A stretch of 63,950 bases of DNA, counting the filler, from Thraustochytrium aureum (taxonomy: Eukaryota), in assembly GCA_012862495.1 (NCBI GenBank). It is 5 parts of 5 records of this genome, joined end to end, with 100 filler letters (N's around TTAATTAATTAA, not from the genome) between each part and the next. Parts side by side here need not be neighbours in the genome. Positions count along the whole stretch, not along the records: positions 24,740 to 48,157 come from BLSG01000416.1; 4 more parts are not named here. One strand, written 5' to 3'. Below are positions 34,774-45,629 of this stretch, piece after piece. The notes under the pieces are model-generated. The model did no database searches and had not been told where the DNA came from. It saw only the letters and a program-made list of their open reading frames with translations. The number at the start of each line of letters is the position of its first letter. Position 1 is the first letter of the stretch. A program made the position numbers and the translations under genes.

Positions 34774-36070
34774 ATGGCGGCTGCGCCAGAGCTTGCGAGC
34801 GCGGAGGCTGCGTCGTTGGTGCACCTTGCCGACTTTTTCAACGCTTTCTCGCTGGTGCTGCTCGTGGGCTACTCGCGGATGAGCGAGCGCAGGGCTCGGC
34901 TCCCTGGCCTCTTCTTGGTCCTCCTCTGCCTGGAAGGCCTCAGCGCTTCCGCCGGGCTGCTCTACCCCGGGTCACACCATGTCAACGTCGTCGTTGACGC
35001 CGTTCGAGGCGTGTCGCCGCAAGCGCGCAGCTCGCCTTTCATGCTGGCGGCCTACTTGGTGCGCAACCTCAAGGCCGCTTACGAGATCACTGTGGCCCTC
35101 GGGACGCTCCTCGTGGCCCTCTCGATGGGAATGCACGCGGTGCAAACGTTGGTTGCCATGCTCTTCTTTGGCCGGAGTGAAGAAGCCGACAAGCTAGAGG
35201 AGCGCATCCGCGAGGTAGAGCGCCAAAAACGCGAGCAAGCCGAGCAAGAAAAGGCGGCCACGCTGTCCAAGAAAGACGCCAAGGGCTCGGCTGCGCCGGG
35301 GGAAGAAGGGGAAGAAAGCAGCGGCCTCTGGCTCGTCTCGTGGCGAGGGTGGCGACGGCGCCCAAACCAGCGCAGCGACTGCTCCCACCGACACCGACGA
35401 ACCTGTCGGCGGCGCCGTGTCGCTAGTCCTCTTTGCCGTGGGCGTGCTCGCCATCGCAGCGACGGGCAGGTCGTGGCTCAGCCTCCCCAAGGCGGCAAAG
35501 CCGTCGACGCTGACGCACGTGCTTCAGCTCTTCCCCAAGTGCCTTCCGGCGCGTCACGGCCTTCTCAGCCTCCTCGGAACTATCGTGCTCGCGCGGCGCC
35601 GAGGAGTGTGGCTCGAGACCAAAGCTGATGGCTCCCGCAAGGCGACTGCCGCCGGCCACGCGCTCTTGTTCCGGTTGCTTTCGTTGCTCTGCTTTGCAAG
35701 CGCCTGGGTATTTGACTGCAACGGTGACTTTGTCGACTACTTTGATCGATCCTCCGTGCCCAAGCAGACGCACATGATCGTTGTCGCCCTGCATTTGGTG
35801 GCCATGTCGGTGGGGTACTGTGTTGCGTTTGCGAGCTGGCACCCGCTGCTGTTCTTTTCCATGTTTAACGTCTTCCCAGTGCTGCTCTCGCTCGTTGCCA
35901 ACCCGCTGTGGGCTGGCCTCAAGCTCAGCGATGTTAACAGCTACCTTGCTCTGCTTACTGCAACGACGCTGGCGATGAGTATGTTCTTCGGGGGGCCGAC
36001 GTCGGTGGCCGTTACGGTGATAACGGCGTCGGCCCTCACTCAACTGCACGGCGAACTATTGCTGCGCTAG
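34774..36070 (+). CDS. Hypothetical multi-pass membrane protein; 1-nt frameshift in G-run near 35299
   Basis: Three N-terminal hydrophobic segments, a charged coiled loop, then several TM segments. Deleting one G fuses the two ORFs (PGKKGKKAAASG...GAVSLVLFAV). Confidence 0.65.
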
Positions 36071-36261
36071 AGCGCTCACGGTCCTGGACAGTCGTTCGGG
36101 ATCAGGTTGCAACGCGAGGCACGCCCGCATCAGAGCAGCATGTGTGGCGTTCAACTTCGGCTCTTCTTGACCAAGAAAGGAGGAGTAAATCACCTTCTGT
36201 GCGCGTGCGCGCTCAAGGTAGTTATGCAAAACCCAAATCATATAAAGCTATCGCGTCGCTC

Positions 36262-37587
36262 TCACTGTGGCAGTAGGTCTCCGAGAAGCCGCATCGCGTT
36301 TCCACCCATGGCAAGCGCAATGCTGCTCCGGTTCCATCCGTCCACAAGAAGCGCCTCGGTAATCACGCCGAGCCCGCTGGCGTCGAACGGCGTCGTGACT
36401 GTCCCGTCAAAATCAGAACCGAGCCCCACGTGTCGGATGCCCACAAGGTCGCGGACATATCGCATTGCGGCAACCACGTGGTCGACAGATCGGCCGCATA
36501 TCGCGCCCTCGAAAAACGCTATGGAAATGAGACCACCCGTAGCAGCAATGCCCCGAATGTGCTCGTCACTCAGATTGCGCGGCCCTGGGCACGTGCCCCT
36601 CACGCCAGTGTGAGAGGTCAGAACGGGCCGCGTGGCCAGAGCCAAGATGTCGTCAATGAGCGGCTCCGAGCTGTGCGCCACGTCGACGATCATCTCCAGG
36701 CGCTCCATCTCGCGCAAAACCTGCTTGCCAAACGAGGTAAGACCATACCGGCCCACGCCATGAGCGCTGCCACCGAGCTCGTTGTCGAAAAAATGCACAG
36801 GGGCCATCATGCGGATCCCAGCGCGAAAGAGCAGCGCGACGTTCTCGAGTCGCCCGTGCAGGCAGTGCATCCCCTCAACGCCAAGAAGGCCGCCGATCGA
36901 AGGCCGTGCGGAAGCGACTGCGCCGTCTCGTCGATTTCGTTGCCTCGCGCGCCTGTCGGCCAGGTCTCTCAGGTCGCCCTTCGACTTGATAACAATGAGC
37001 GCCCCGTTCGACTCTGACGCAACCTTGTGCAGCCTGCGAGCCTGCAGAAGGGCGCGTGACAGGAGGTTCTCCTGACCCAGCACGGCGTCCATGCCCCAGC
37101 CCTGCGCCGCGCCGAGAGCGAGGATCATGTCAGTATTGTTCTTGTTGTTTTGGAACGTCATGAACACTGGCGCCTTGGTCACGATCGTGAAAGCCTGAAG
37201 AGCTACGTTGCCTTCGTGGAGACGCACGAGGTCGACGTGCCCTCGCTCGCCGCGGAGGAGCAAGTTCCTCTTCGTCCAAAGTAGCGAGTCGGCGTGCATG
37301 TCAACAACTTGAAGATCGGCGTGAAGCGCGATGGCCTCGGGGTTGACGGCCTTTTGCCTGTTCGCGCCAGCCGCGTCTGGCTGGTGCACGCGGTTCAGCG
37401 CGAGGTCCACAACGTCAGGCACGCGGCTCAGGCAGGCTGCGAAGACCACCAGGGCCGTCGCGATGGCAGCTGCCCTGGTCTGCGCGCTGTAGCCCACTGC
37501 TCGAACCCCGAGGGCCAGGAGGCACCCGACCGTGACGAGCAGACCGCAGGCCGCGCCCAAGAGGGCCACCTGCATGTAAAGGTCCAT
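36262..37587 (-). CDS. Membrane dipeptidase (peptidase M19) with N-terminal TM helices
   Basis: VDMHADSL, GHVDLVRL, LLGVEGMH, GLTSFG..MERLEMIVDVAHSS, SHTG, RNLSDE, HVGLGSDFDG, MGGNAMRLL. Confidence 0.92.
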   Translation of the reverse strand: MDLYMQVALLGAACGLLVTVGCLLALGVRAVGYSAQTRAAAIATALVVFAACLSRVPDVVDLALNRVHQPDAAGANRQKAVNPEAIALHADLQVVDMHADSLLWTKRNLLLRGERGHVDLVRLHEGNVALQAFTIVTKAPVFMTFQNNKNNTDMILALGAAQGWGMDAVLGQENLLSRALLQARRLHKVASESNGALIVIKSKGDLRDLADRRARQRNRRDGAVASARPSIGGLLGVEGMHCLHGRLENVALLFRAGIRMMAPVHFFDNELGGSAHGVGRYGLTSFGKQVLREMERLEMIVDVAHSSEPLIDDILALATRPVLTSHTGVRGTCPGPRNLSDEHIRGIAATGGLISIAFFEGAICGRSVDHVVAAMRYVRDLVGIRHVGLGSDFDGTVTTPFDASGLGVITEALLVDGWNRSSIALAMGGNAMRLLGDLLPQ

Positions 37588-37984
37588 CTTCGGGCTGGGC
37601 AAGTGAACCTCCTCGTCGAGCACGGCAAGGACGCTCCTCGATGCCTCTGCGCAGTGGGCTGTCGTGACGTGCGAGCGATCCTGCGTCAGTCCGTTGGTGA
37701 GTGAGCGAGCATCGACTGGAAGAGCGTCGATCGAGGGCGGGGCAGAGCCATCGAGGACAGCAGCGGACTCTGTGCGCATGCCAAGGTGCGGAATAGTGCC
37801 GTTGACGAGCTCCAGGACGGATGGTGCCAGAGCGCGAAGGCGAACGCGGACACTGGGCGAAACGGGAGCGCCGCAGGCCGAGTTGAAAAGCAAGAGCTCG
37901 TGCGCGCGCGAAGAAGGAAGGCCTCCGCACCGGGCGCATCGGCGCCGCGCGGCGCGGCGAAGATTGTGGAGGGTGTTGGCGAGG

Positions 37985-39208
37985 ATGGCCTGCGAGCTCG
38001 AGTGCTCGCTGCCAAACTATGCATTCTTGCTTGTTGCAGTAGTGCTGTTGCTTAGTGCGGTGAGCGGCCTGGCGGTGGGCATAAAAGACAAGAAGAAAAT
38101 TCGCCTGGAAGAGCGTCTGCTGGACGCGAAGCGCCGCCAAGTAGGCAGCACTAACAACAACAACAACAACAACAACAACAGTGCGTTTACAGATTCTGGA
38201 GGCTTCGAGGGCAACAGCCCCAAGTTCAGGTCGAACGGAAGCATTTCAAGCGCTTCGGTCACGCAGCCCTGGGAAATCGAGTTTTCAGAAATCAAGCTCG
38301 GCAAGTGTGTCGCAGAGGGCAGCAGCGGACGAGTCTTCAAGGGGGTCTGGCTTGACACAGTCGTGGCAGTCAAGGTGCCGCATCCACACCTCCCGCAACA
38401 CCTCAAAGTCAAGTTTGCGGAGGAAGCGGTCCTCATGTCCAAACTGCACCACCCAAATATCGTCATGTTCCTCGCCGCTTGCCTCAACCCGGACCACCTC
38501 GCGCTGGTGCTCGAGTTTTTGGCACGGGGCAGCATGCACGACTTTCTCAAAGACAGCAACTCCAAGATCTCGACGTCGCTTATGCATCGCTTTGCGGTTG
38601 ACATTGCTCGTGGCATGAAGTACCTTCACACCCGCTGCTCGATCATCCAGCGCGACCTCAAGCCGCGCAACCTCTTGATTGACGCAGCCTACAACGTCAA
38701 GGTCTGCGACTTTGGGCTTAGCAAGAGTATCAACGACAGCAACGACGAAAATGGGATGACAGCCTGTGGCACGCCTTACTGGACTGCGCCCGAAGTTATC
38801 CGCAACGAAGGGTACAACGGCAAAGCGGATGTTTTCAGCTTTGCGATTATCCTCTTCGAGCTGATAGCGCGGGAGGAGCCGTACAAGGGCTTGCCTGGCC
38901 TCGAAGTGGCAATTAAAGTCGCACACTCTGACTTACGGCCAAAGCTGCCAAGTTTTTGCCCAGGACCGTACCGGGACCTCATTGAAGCTTGCTGGCATGC
39001 AGACCCAGACCTCCGGCCGACGTTTGCAGAGATCCTCGAAAGGCTCAACGAGATCAAGAAGGAGGTGGCGCGAGATTTCGCAGAGGCAATGGTCATTACG
39101 ATGGGCGGATCCAACACAAGACTTGACACCCGGTATGCAAGTGAGAAACTCAGCAGCATCGGGCCCAAGGATGCGGCGAGCTCGCGAGCTCCGGAGTCGG
39201 CACGGTAG
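37985..39208 (+). CDS. TKL-group protein kinase with N-terminal TM anchor
   Basis: WEIEFSEI, AEGSSGRVF, VAVK, HHPNIV, QRDLKPRN, DFG, CGTPYWTAPE, DVFSF, CW..DP..RPTF. TM segment YAFLLVAVVLLLSAVSGLAVGI and poly-Asn linker. Confidence 0.93.
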   Translation: MACELECSLPNYAFLLVAVVLLLSAVSGLAVGIKDKKKIRLEERLLDAKRRQVGSTNNNNNNNNNSAFTDSGGFEGNSPKFRSNGSISSASVTQPWEIEFSEIKLGKCVAEGSSGRVFKGVWLDTVVAVKVPHPHLPQHLKVKFAEEAVLMSKLHHPNIVMFLAACLNPDHLALVLEFLARGSMHDFLKDSNSKISTSLMHRFAVDIARGMKYLHTRCSIIQRDLKPRNLLIDAAYNVKVCDFGLSKSINDSNDENGMTACGTPYWTAPEVIRNEGYNGKADVFSFAIILFELIAREEPYKGLPGLEVAIKVAHSDLRPKLPSFCPGPYRDLIEACWHADPDLRPTFAEILERLNEIKKEVARDFAEAMVITMGGSNTRLDTRYASEKLSSIGPKDAASSRAPESAR

Positions 39209-39471
39209 CGGGACGGCCGCTCCGCCTCAACAACACGTAGATTCATCTGTTCCATGCAATGTCCCTTTGTCGTGAGCCGAGCCAGGGAATTCTCACAAGC
39301 TCTCTCTAGTAGCTAGAGCGGTAGCTCTGTCCTACTATTCTCGGATCTGTTTAAAAAAAGAGGCTGGGCTCCCCGTTTCGCAGATCGTGCAGCCCTCCAA
39401 CGAAGGACCACCAAGCGGCGCCGCTTGGTACGGCTGGCCCCCCTACCCCCCCCTGAAAAAAGTCATCCAAG

Positions 39472-40851
39472 CTAATCGTCGGTGAGGTCTATCAAGGCAG
39501 CCACCTGGGCCACGGCCTGTGGTCTCGCCCGTGAGGATGACGATCCAGAGTGCTGTCCAGATTGCGCAGGCCCATGGCGCGGCTCAATGGGGAGGGAGTC
39601 ATGCGCCAAGCCCGTTGAGCGAGAAGACAACGTCGTGGCCACAAAGCCGATCGCAGGGTTGCGTCGACACGTCGACGCCTCTCCCATTGACGAGATCGAA
39701 GTGCCAATCGCAGAGGCACCCGAAGCGCTGGAGGAAGTCGCCGAAGTTGGCGTTGGCCTGCTGGAAGAGGCGAGTGGCGAGTGGCCGAGTCGTCGCTTCT
39801 TTGCATTTGCAAGGGCGATCCGCGTCTTCAGTTTGCCGTTTTTGCGCAGCACGGGCCGCGCCACTACTATCGTCCCATCTGAGTGCGCGGCCCGGTCCGC
39901 CAGTGAATAGTCGAGCGCTCCAGTTTCTGGCGTCTCATACTTGAGCCGTGGCGCAACGGCAGGCGCAGTCGCCGTAGGCGCTCCAGTTCCCTGCCTTTCA
40001 CGCTTGCTTTGAAATAGGACAGAATGCGCCGCCGGCGCAGCAGCTCCAGTTTGCTGTACCTCGCGCTTGAGCAGAGCAGCAATTTCGCTGACAAGAAAGC
40101 AATGCCTCGTCTTGGTAACACCGACCATTTTCCTGCAAACAACACATTCAGCCTTTGCCTTCGCTTTGGACCGCTTGCTGGAGGTGGGTTTCTGCACCCA
40201 GCCCGCCCAACACTTGGAGCAGATTGAGTGGCCGCACTCGAGCACGAGAGGGTTTTCTAACAGCTCCATGCAGACCGGGCACTCGAGCAAACGCTCGAGG
40301 CTTTGCAAAACTGTGGCCGACTCGCTGGGAGCTGGTGGCTGGGCCTGAGCACCAGAACTGCTTGCGGCACTAAGGAGCCTGTCCTGTCTGGGTCCGCCTC
40401 GCTTGGCGAACGGGGCACTGCATCGCGCAAATACACGGAAAGCGCATGTTGCGTTCATGTTGTTGACGAGTCTGCCTGGCGGGGTCGCTGCGCACGCGCC
40501 AAACACCAGGAGATCGTTGTCCGTAAGTGGCACCGGCTTCGCGGGTTTGATGCGAATGCCATTCAGAGCGATGCCGCCCACGCTATAATGGTCTTCGAGG
40601 GTGTACGTTCCGGTCTCGTCGTATGCGATTCGTGCGACGAAGCTCGCGTTTGGCACCAGTCGATCGGCAGTCCTCGCGCGAGGAACGAGCCTGATATCGG
40701 TCCTGTCCGCTGTGTCGCTGAGCACACAGACATCTACGGCGCTGTTCGGCACTTGCGGGAGCGAGTGGACCTTTCCGTTCGGGTCCGAGTTGGCGGGCAC
40801 CAGCACCCAACCCGGGACGGCGTCAGCGCTGCGGTTGGCCCTCCTCGCCAT
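39472..40851 (-). CDS. FHA + RING finger protein (CHFR/RNF8-like E3 ubiquitin ligase architecture)
   Basis: FHA-like ARIAY..YTLED..SVGGIALNGIRI..LTDNDLLVFG and C3HC4 RING CPVC..LECGHSICSKC..CVVCR, followed by a Ser-rich tail. Confidence 0.85.
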   Translation of the reverse strand: MARRANRSADAVPGWVLVPANSDPNGKVHSLPQVPNSAVDVCVLSDTADRTDIRLVPRARTADRLVPNASFVARIAYDETGTYTLEDHYSVGGIALNGIRIKPAKPVPLTDNDLLVFGACAATPPGRLVNNMNATCAFRVFARCSAPFAKRGGPRQDRLLSAASSSGAQAQPPAPSESATVLQSLERLLECPVCMELLENPLVLECGHSICSKCWAGWVQKPTSSKRSKAKAKAECVVCRKMVGVTKTRHCFLVSEIAALLKREVQQTGAAAPAAHSVLFQSKRERQGTGAPTATAPAVAPRLKYETPETGALDYSLADRAAHSDGTIVVARPVLRKNGKLKTRIALANAKKRRLGHSPLASSSRPTPTSATSSSASGASAIGTSISSMGEASTCRRNPAIGFVATTLSSRSTGLAHDSLPIEPRHGPAQSGQHSGSSSSRARPQAVAQVAALIDLTDD

Positions 40852-41560
40852 TCGTCCAACTGCCTTTGGCCGCGTGGAGGAGGGACTCTGCAGGCACGCC
40901 TTGGTCGTATGCTGGAGTTCGCCTCTCTGCCTCGCGGAGGGGGGCGCCCTCGTCAGGGGCAGAGAGAGGGCGGCGGGCCTGCCTCGGCGACGGCGCTCGC
41001 GCAGCAGTCGAGCAGCTAGCGCCCTGGCAGATGGGATTCNNNNNNNNNNNNNNNNNNNNNNNNNNNNNNNNNNNNNNNNNNNNNNNNNNNNNNNNNNNNN
41101 NNNNNNNNNNNNNNNNNNNNNNCTGAGGCGGAGGCTGTCTTGCCGCGACGAGACTGGTCAGGTGAGTGACTGCCAGCACGAAACAGAAAGCACCAGGCCC
41201 TGGGATTCAGGCTGGAAGGCTGGCCCGACTCTTGCGGTGTTGCGGAGGTTGCGCCGCGAATGGCAACGAGTGGCCGCGATACACCTGTGCGTTGTGCGAA
41301 ATAGGGGAATTGCTCTTCGGTTTGTTCATGAATGGAGAACAAGCTGCGCGACAGCGATCCACAATGGGCATGTGCAAGCGCAGCTCCGCCGGACTCGTTT
41401 CGCGGTAGGTAGGTACTCGAGTACCGGTACCGCGCTGTCAGTAACGAAACCAACTTGACGAAACAAAATAGGTGGAGGTACTCAATTACTAGTCGCTGGT
41501 GCTGCTCGCTGGCGCCCTCAAAGCCAGCCATGTGCCCAGATTGCGGCCACCGCAACCGAG

Positions 41561-44188
41561 CTAAACCACGGAGGAGCCGGAGTGCGAGTCGTGAAATAGG
41601 CTCTCTGCGCGCGAGGTTGGATTCCCAGGTGCGAGCGATGAAGGCACAAACGTCATGGCCGTCTGAATGACGCCCCGGTTCCCAAATTCCTTGCCGGCGT
41701 TGGGCTGTGTTGACCCCATCGTCTTTGTGGAGCCCTCAGCCGACTTTTTGTCTGAGCGGAAACCCTCGAAAAGCTCGCCGCCCTCGCCAGAAGTGTCATA
41801 AACATTGAAGTGAACGCCAAGAATCTTGGGCCCGAAGAGGAAGAGCAGGAGCGTAAAGTCGTTGAGGAACACGATCGCGCCCTTGACAAACATGAGCGTT
41901 TCCGAGTTTTCGCTGACGATAATCATGACCGGGATGCCAAGGGCGAGGACCTGCACATACGACCACATGGCAAGGGCGACGTGGCGCGCCTCGGCAAAGG
42001 TGCTGTTGATCTTGCGGCATGTCCAGGAGATGTAGTTGCCGCCCGCAAGGATTGCAAAGTGGAAGACTCCCAAGATGAGCAGAAAGGTGAGCGACGAGTC
42101 GCTGCTGCAGGTGGCGACACTCTCCGTAACGTTGTCGAACTCGTCGGCACTGATCCTATTTCGAGTAAATGTCAGGGGATCTAGCAGTGTCCAGCAGGCC
42201 AGCACCGTGACGTCGATTGCAAGCAGGGTGGCGATAATCATGAAGAGGTGCCAGTTTGGGACGATGACGCGGCGGAAGGCAGCTCTCGTTACGAACAACA
42301 ACCGAATTCGCCAGATCCGTGCGAAGAGCGCGCCGAAGGCGATCGTGAACCCCACGCTGTAAAACCAGATCGAGCCCATGCACGCGGTGTTGGCCGTGGC
42401 GTATGCTGAATCGTAGCTCAATTGCACTTCTTGGCCCTCTTCGGCGACGTCGTCGACGGCAATGAAAAAGATTGACGACGACGAGACCATGACACCGACG
42501 GCAATGCAGACCAAGAAAACGACTTGGGATGCTCGGATGATGATGTGATTGCGCTTGGCCACGGTCCAGAGCGCCAGTGAGAAGGCGAAAACCACGTTAC
42601 AGGCTCCCATCGCGTTCACGACATGGCGCAGGATAACAGAGTGGTTCCGATCCTCATCTGGGACGACCACGTCGTTGGGGCGCGAAGTGGTGCCGCCAGT
42701 GTAGACGAGCTGGCTTTCAAACGTCCAAGTGCCATTCTCGAAGAGGCCGACCCGTTTAGCCGTGAATATTGCGCCGTCGTCGCCGGCCGACCCGGCGCCC
42801 GCCGCATCTGAATAGATGATATTGTACATGGCGGCCCCTGCAGTCTCCGCATCGCGGTCCCCGGTCTCGTCAAAACGAACCGTCCCAGTGAGGCCCTCGA
42901 AGGAGAGGCCGAGTTCCGACTTTGCCAGGAATTTGAAGAACTCTTCGCCAAAGTCGGCGTCGTTGATTTGCGTGTCCTGTAACAAGCACGCGCCGAGCCC
43001 AGCCGCGATCACGGCGTCGTAGAAGAACGCTCCAACGTCACTGATCTCGGCCGAATCTTGACCAACGCTTGCAAAAACGTTGCCGTAGCCCTTCCAGACC
43101 TCCGGCCAAGCAGCCTGCACACCGGGGAGCGCAGACGCGTTCAGGTCCTTGAGCGAGAGCATGTCCCACGGTGTAGGGGGCGAACCCTGCCGTCCTGCCT
43201 TGGCGCCGAGGTTGGCGATGCGCAGCGTTCCGTTGAGCGCCGCGCGGTGCTCCAGTTCAACGCCAGCAAAGTCGGCGGAGGAGATACCGTCCGAGACAAG
43301 CCACATCGAGTCTTTAAAGAGACCCAATTCGCTACCTTCGCGCACAACGGTTGGCAAAATCCCGTCAAGCGAAACGAGCAAGAAAATGCGGATCTTGGAT
43401 TGCTCGAGCCTCTTGAGCTGCGCAGACAGTTGAGCGGATGCCGCTGCACTCTTCTCTCCTGAGAAGGGGAGGGTTAGGACCGTGATATCGGGGCTGCAAA
43501 AGGCGACGATGGCTTCCTTGTATGCCTCGCCATACCCATCGTTCACGTACAGCATTGCTGTGTGATTGTAGCCGCTGTCCCGCCAGAACGCGCAGGTGGT
43601 CTTGGCGACGTCGGCGTCAGTAGGGATGGTGCGCAAAAACCGCTTGTACTTGGTCTCGCTGAGCTCGGTAGAAGTGGCCCAGTACGAGATTTGCGGCACA
43701 TCCCTGGCTCCGAGGATGAGCGAGGTGGGAATCGACGATGCCGAGGTCGCCGGTCCGATGACAACATTGGTTTTGAATGACGTGTCGGTGATGACATCGA
43801 TTGTTTCGCTCACGGCGACGTCGGCGGAGAAGCTCGTGTCGCGCTCGCGTGCGACGAGGTTGAGGTCGCCGCACGCGGTGTCCACCATCTCCAACTCCTT
43901 CACGATCGTTGCATTTCGCGTGTTGAAGTGCTCGACTGCGAGGTGGCCCATGGCGCTCAGCGCGGCGAACTTGGTGCCGTAGAAGCATTTGTTCGAGCCC
44001 CACACCCCGCCGATCTCGCGGGCGGTGCAACTCGCTTCGTTTTGAATGCCTGCAATGGTTTGGGCGTTGAGGAAGGTCAAGTTGAGAGTCACGGCCTGCG
44101 CCTCATTGCCAGCAAAGCCCACGGCTGCGTAAGCGCCCAGAGCTGCGAGCGCCAGCGCGCGCTTGGGGCTGAATGGAGGCATCATCAT
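41561..44188 (-). CDS. Class C (GABA-B-like) G-protein-coupled receptor: Venus flytrap domain + 7TM
   Basis: Signal peptide, VVIGPATS, VPQISYWATSTELS..FLRTIPTD, FFYDAV, FEGLTGTVRFDETGDR. 7tm_3 motifs IRASQVVFL, GFTIAFGALFARIWRI, WTLLDPL, FAEARHV and LFGPK. Confidence 0.93.
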   Translation of the reverse strand: MMMPPFSPKRALALAALGAYAAVGFAGNEAQAVTLNLTFLNAQTIAGIQNEASCTAREIGGVWGSNKCFYGTKFAALSAMGHLAVEHFNTRNATIVKELEMVDTACGDLNLVARERDTSFSADVAVSETIDVITDTSFKTNVVIGPATSASSIPTSLILGARDVPQISYWATSTELSETKYKRFLRTIPTDADVAKTTCAFWRDSGYNHTAMLYVNDGYGEAYKEAIVAFCSPDITVLTLPFSGEKSAAASAQLSAQLKRLEQSKIRIFLLVSLDGILPTVVREGSELGLFKDSMWLVSDGISSADFAGVELEHRAALNGTLRIANLGAKAGRQGSPPTPWDMLSLKDLNASALPGVQAAWPEVWKGYGNVFASVGQDSAEISDVGAFFYDAVIAAGLGACLLQDTQINDADFGEEFFKFLAKSELGLSFEGLTGTVRFDETGDRDAETAGAAMYNIIYSDAAGAGSAGDDGAIFTAKRVGLFENGTWTFESQLVYTGGTTSRPNDVVVPDEDRNHSVILRHVVNAMGACNVVFAFSLALWTVAKRNHIIIRASQVVFLVCIAVGVMVSSSSIFFIAVDDVAEEGQEVQLSYDSAYATANTACMGSIWFYSVGFTIAFGALFARIWRIRLLFVTRAAFRRVIVPNWHLFMIIATLLAIDVTVLACWTLLDPLTFTRNRISADEFDNVTESVATCSSDSSLTFLLILGVFHFAILAGGNYISWTCRKINSTFAEARHVALAMWSYVQVLALGIPVMIIVSENSETLMFVKGAIVFLNDFTLLLFLFGPKILGVHFNVYDTSGEGGELFEGFRSDKKSAEGSTKTMGSTQPNAGKEFGNRGVIQTAMTFVPSSLAPGNPTSRAESLFHDSHSGSSVV

Positions 44189-45629
44189 TGTTGGTCGTTC
44201 GCGCGGTCGCAGCTGTCGACAGCAGAATCAGCTGTTGATGACGCTGTCTCGTGGCGTTGGAGGTCTGTTGTGGTCCAGTCCAGTCTGTGTGTTGCGTGCG
44301 TGTGTTGTTTGTGTGAGCCCCGTTTTGATGAGCAAGTCGGATCCTTGCCCTTGCAAATTCCGAGTCCGAGCAGAGCACGAACAGACTGGTACACAAATAC
44401 AGAGTGCTCCTGAGCGCAGGTCGATCACAAGCAAGTAGGTACTTCCTCCTCGACCGGACATCATGAGTCGGTGACATGACCAGTGGAGCGAGGGGCGAGG
44501 GACACGAGTCGCGGGTCTGAGACTCGATCACGTCGTGCCGGACAAGGCGCGGACAAGACTACCTGCTCTACACTCTACTTCGAGAACCTACTCGTCGGGG
44601 CTCGACTTGGGTTTTGGTGGGCCTCACATGCTGCGAAGTGAGTGAGGCCCGTGCAGAGAGAGAGCATCCGAACGAGCCGGCTCGGAGTCGCTGGTGCAAG
44701 CCAGCCGGACAGACAGAGGCCGTTGACCCAGCTCGTCGTCCTTCGCCTTGAAAAGTTGGTCCAAAACCACGAAGAGCCATCCATCCAGCTGACCAATTCC
44801 GAACCCGCCTGCCCGCCGCGGCGGGCCAACCCGAGCAGATTTGATTTTCATCAGAGGGTGATGCCACTGTTGAATGCACACATCGCCCCTGCCACTGGCA
44901 GACCACCGGCAGACAGCACGCACTGGCAGCACACGGCAAGCGCCGCGGCGAGCTCGCTAGCTCTCTAGCTAGTAGAGAGAGAGTGTGTAGGACTGATGAG
45001 TAGCGGTGCGGTTCGTTTTTGTTGTGAGGCAAAGCCTGTCCTGTTTCTCGTTCGCTCCGTTGCACTTTGCACCGAGCAGCGCCCCTCTCAGGGCGCGTGG
45101 CAAGGCGAGTTGGGACAGCGCCGCAGGAAGCAGGGGCCTCCTCAGGCTGCGAGCAAGGAGGATCCGACTGCGAGTTAGGTGGGATGAGAACTCTCGCAGC
45201 GGCGCAGCAGCGGAGGCCCGTGCCCTCCGTGCCTCATCATGGACAGTGTCTGTCTCCCACTCGCTCGAACTCCTCGCTCTGCCCACCGGAACGAAACGAA
45301 CGTTCTTTCGAGCGCGGCCATCGGACAGAGGCCAGCGACTCTGCCAGCGATCAGCGCGCTTTTCGCTGGAAGAACAACCAGGTGCTCGTCGCCCTTCGAT
45401 GGATCTGGCGGCTTTCACTGATGATCAAGAAAGGTCAACTGGCAGTGGCAGGCAGGCGAGCCAAGCCGACAGCGCGCGGCGGCAGGCGCAGCGAGCGCGA
45501 CAGAGCGGTGTGCGCTGGTTGCGGCCGGCGGCATTCCACAGGGCGCCGAGCCATACAGCGGCGTCGCGCACGGGCTTTGTGGGCGGGTTTTGAGGCTGGG
45601 GCCCGGACCTCAAGAACGGTGGAGGACGC

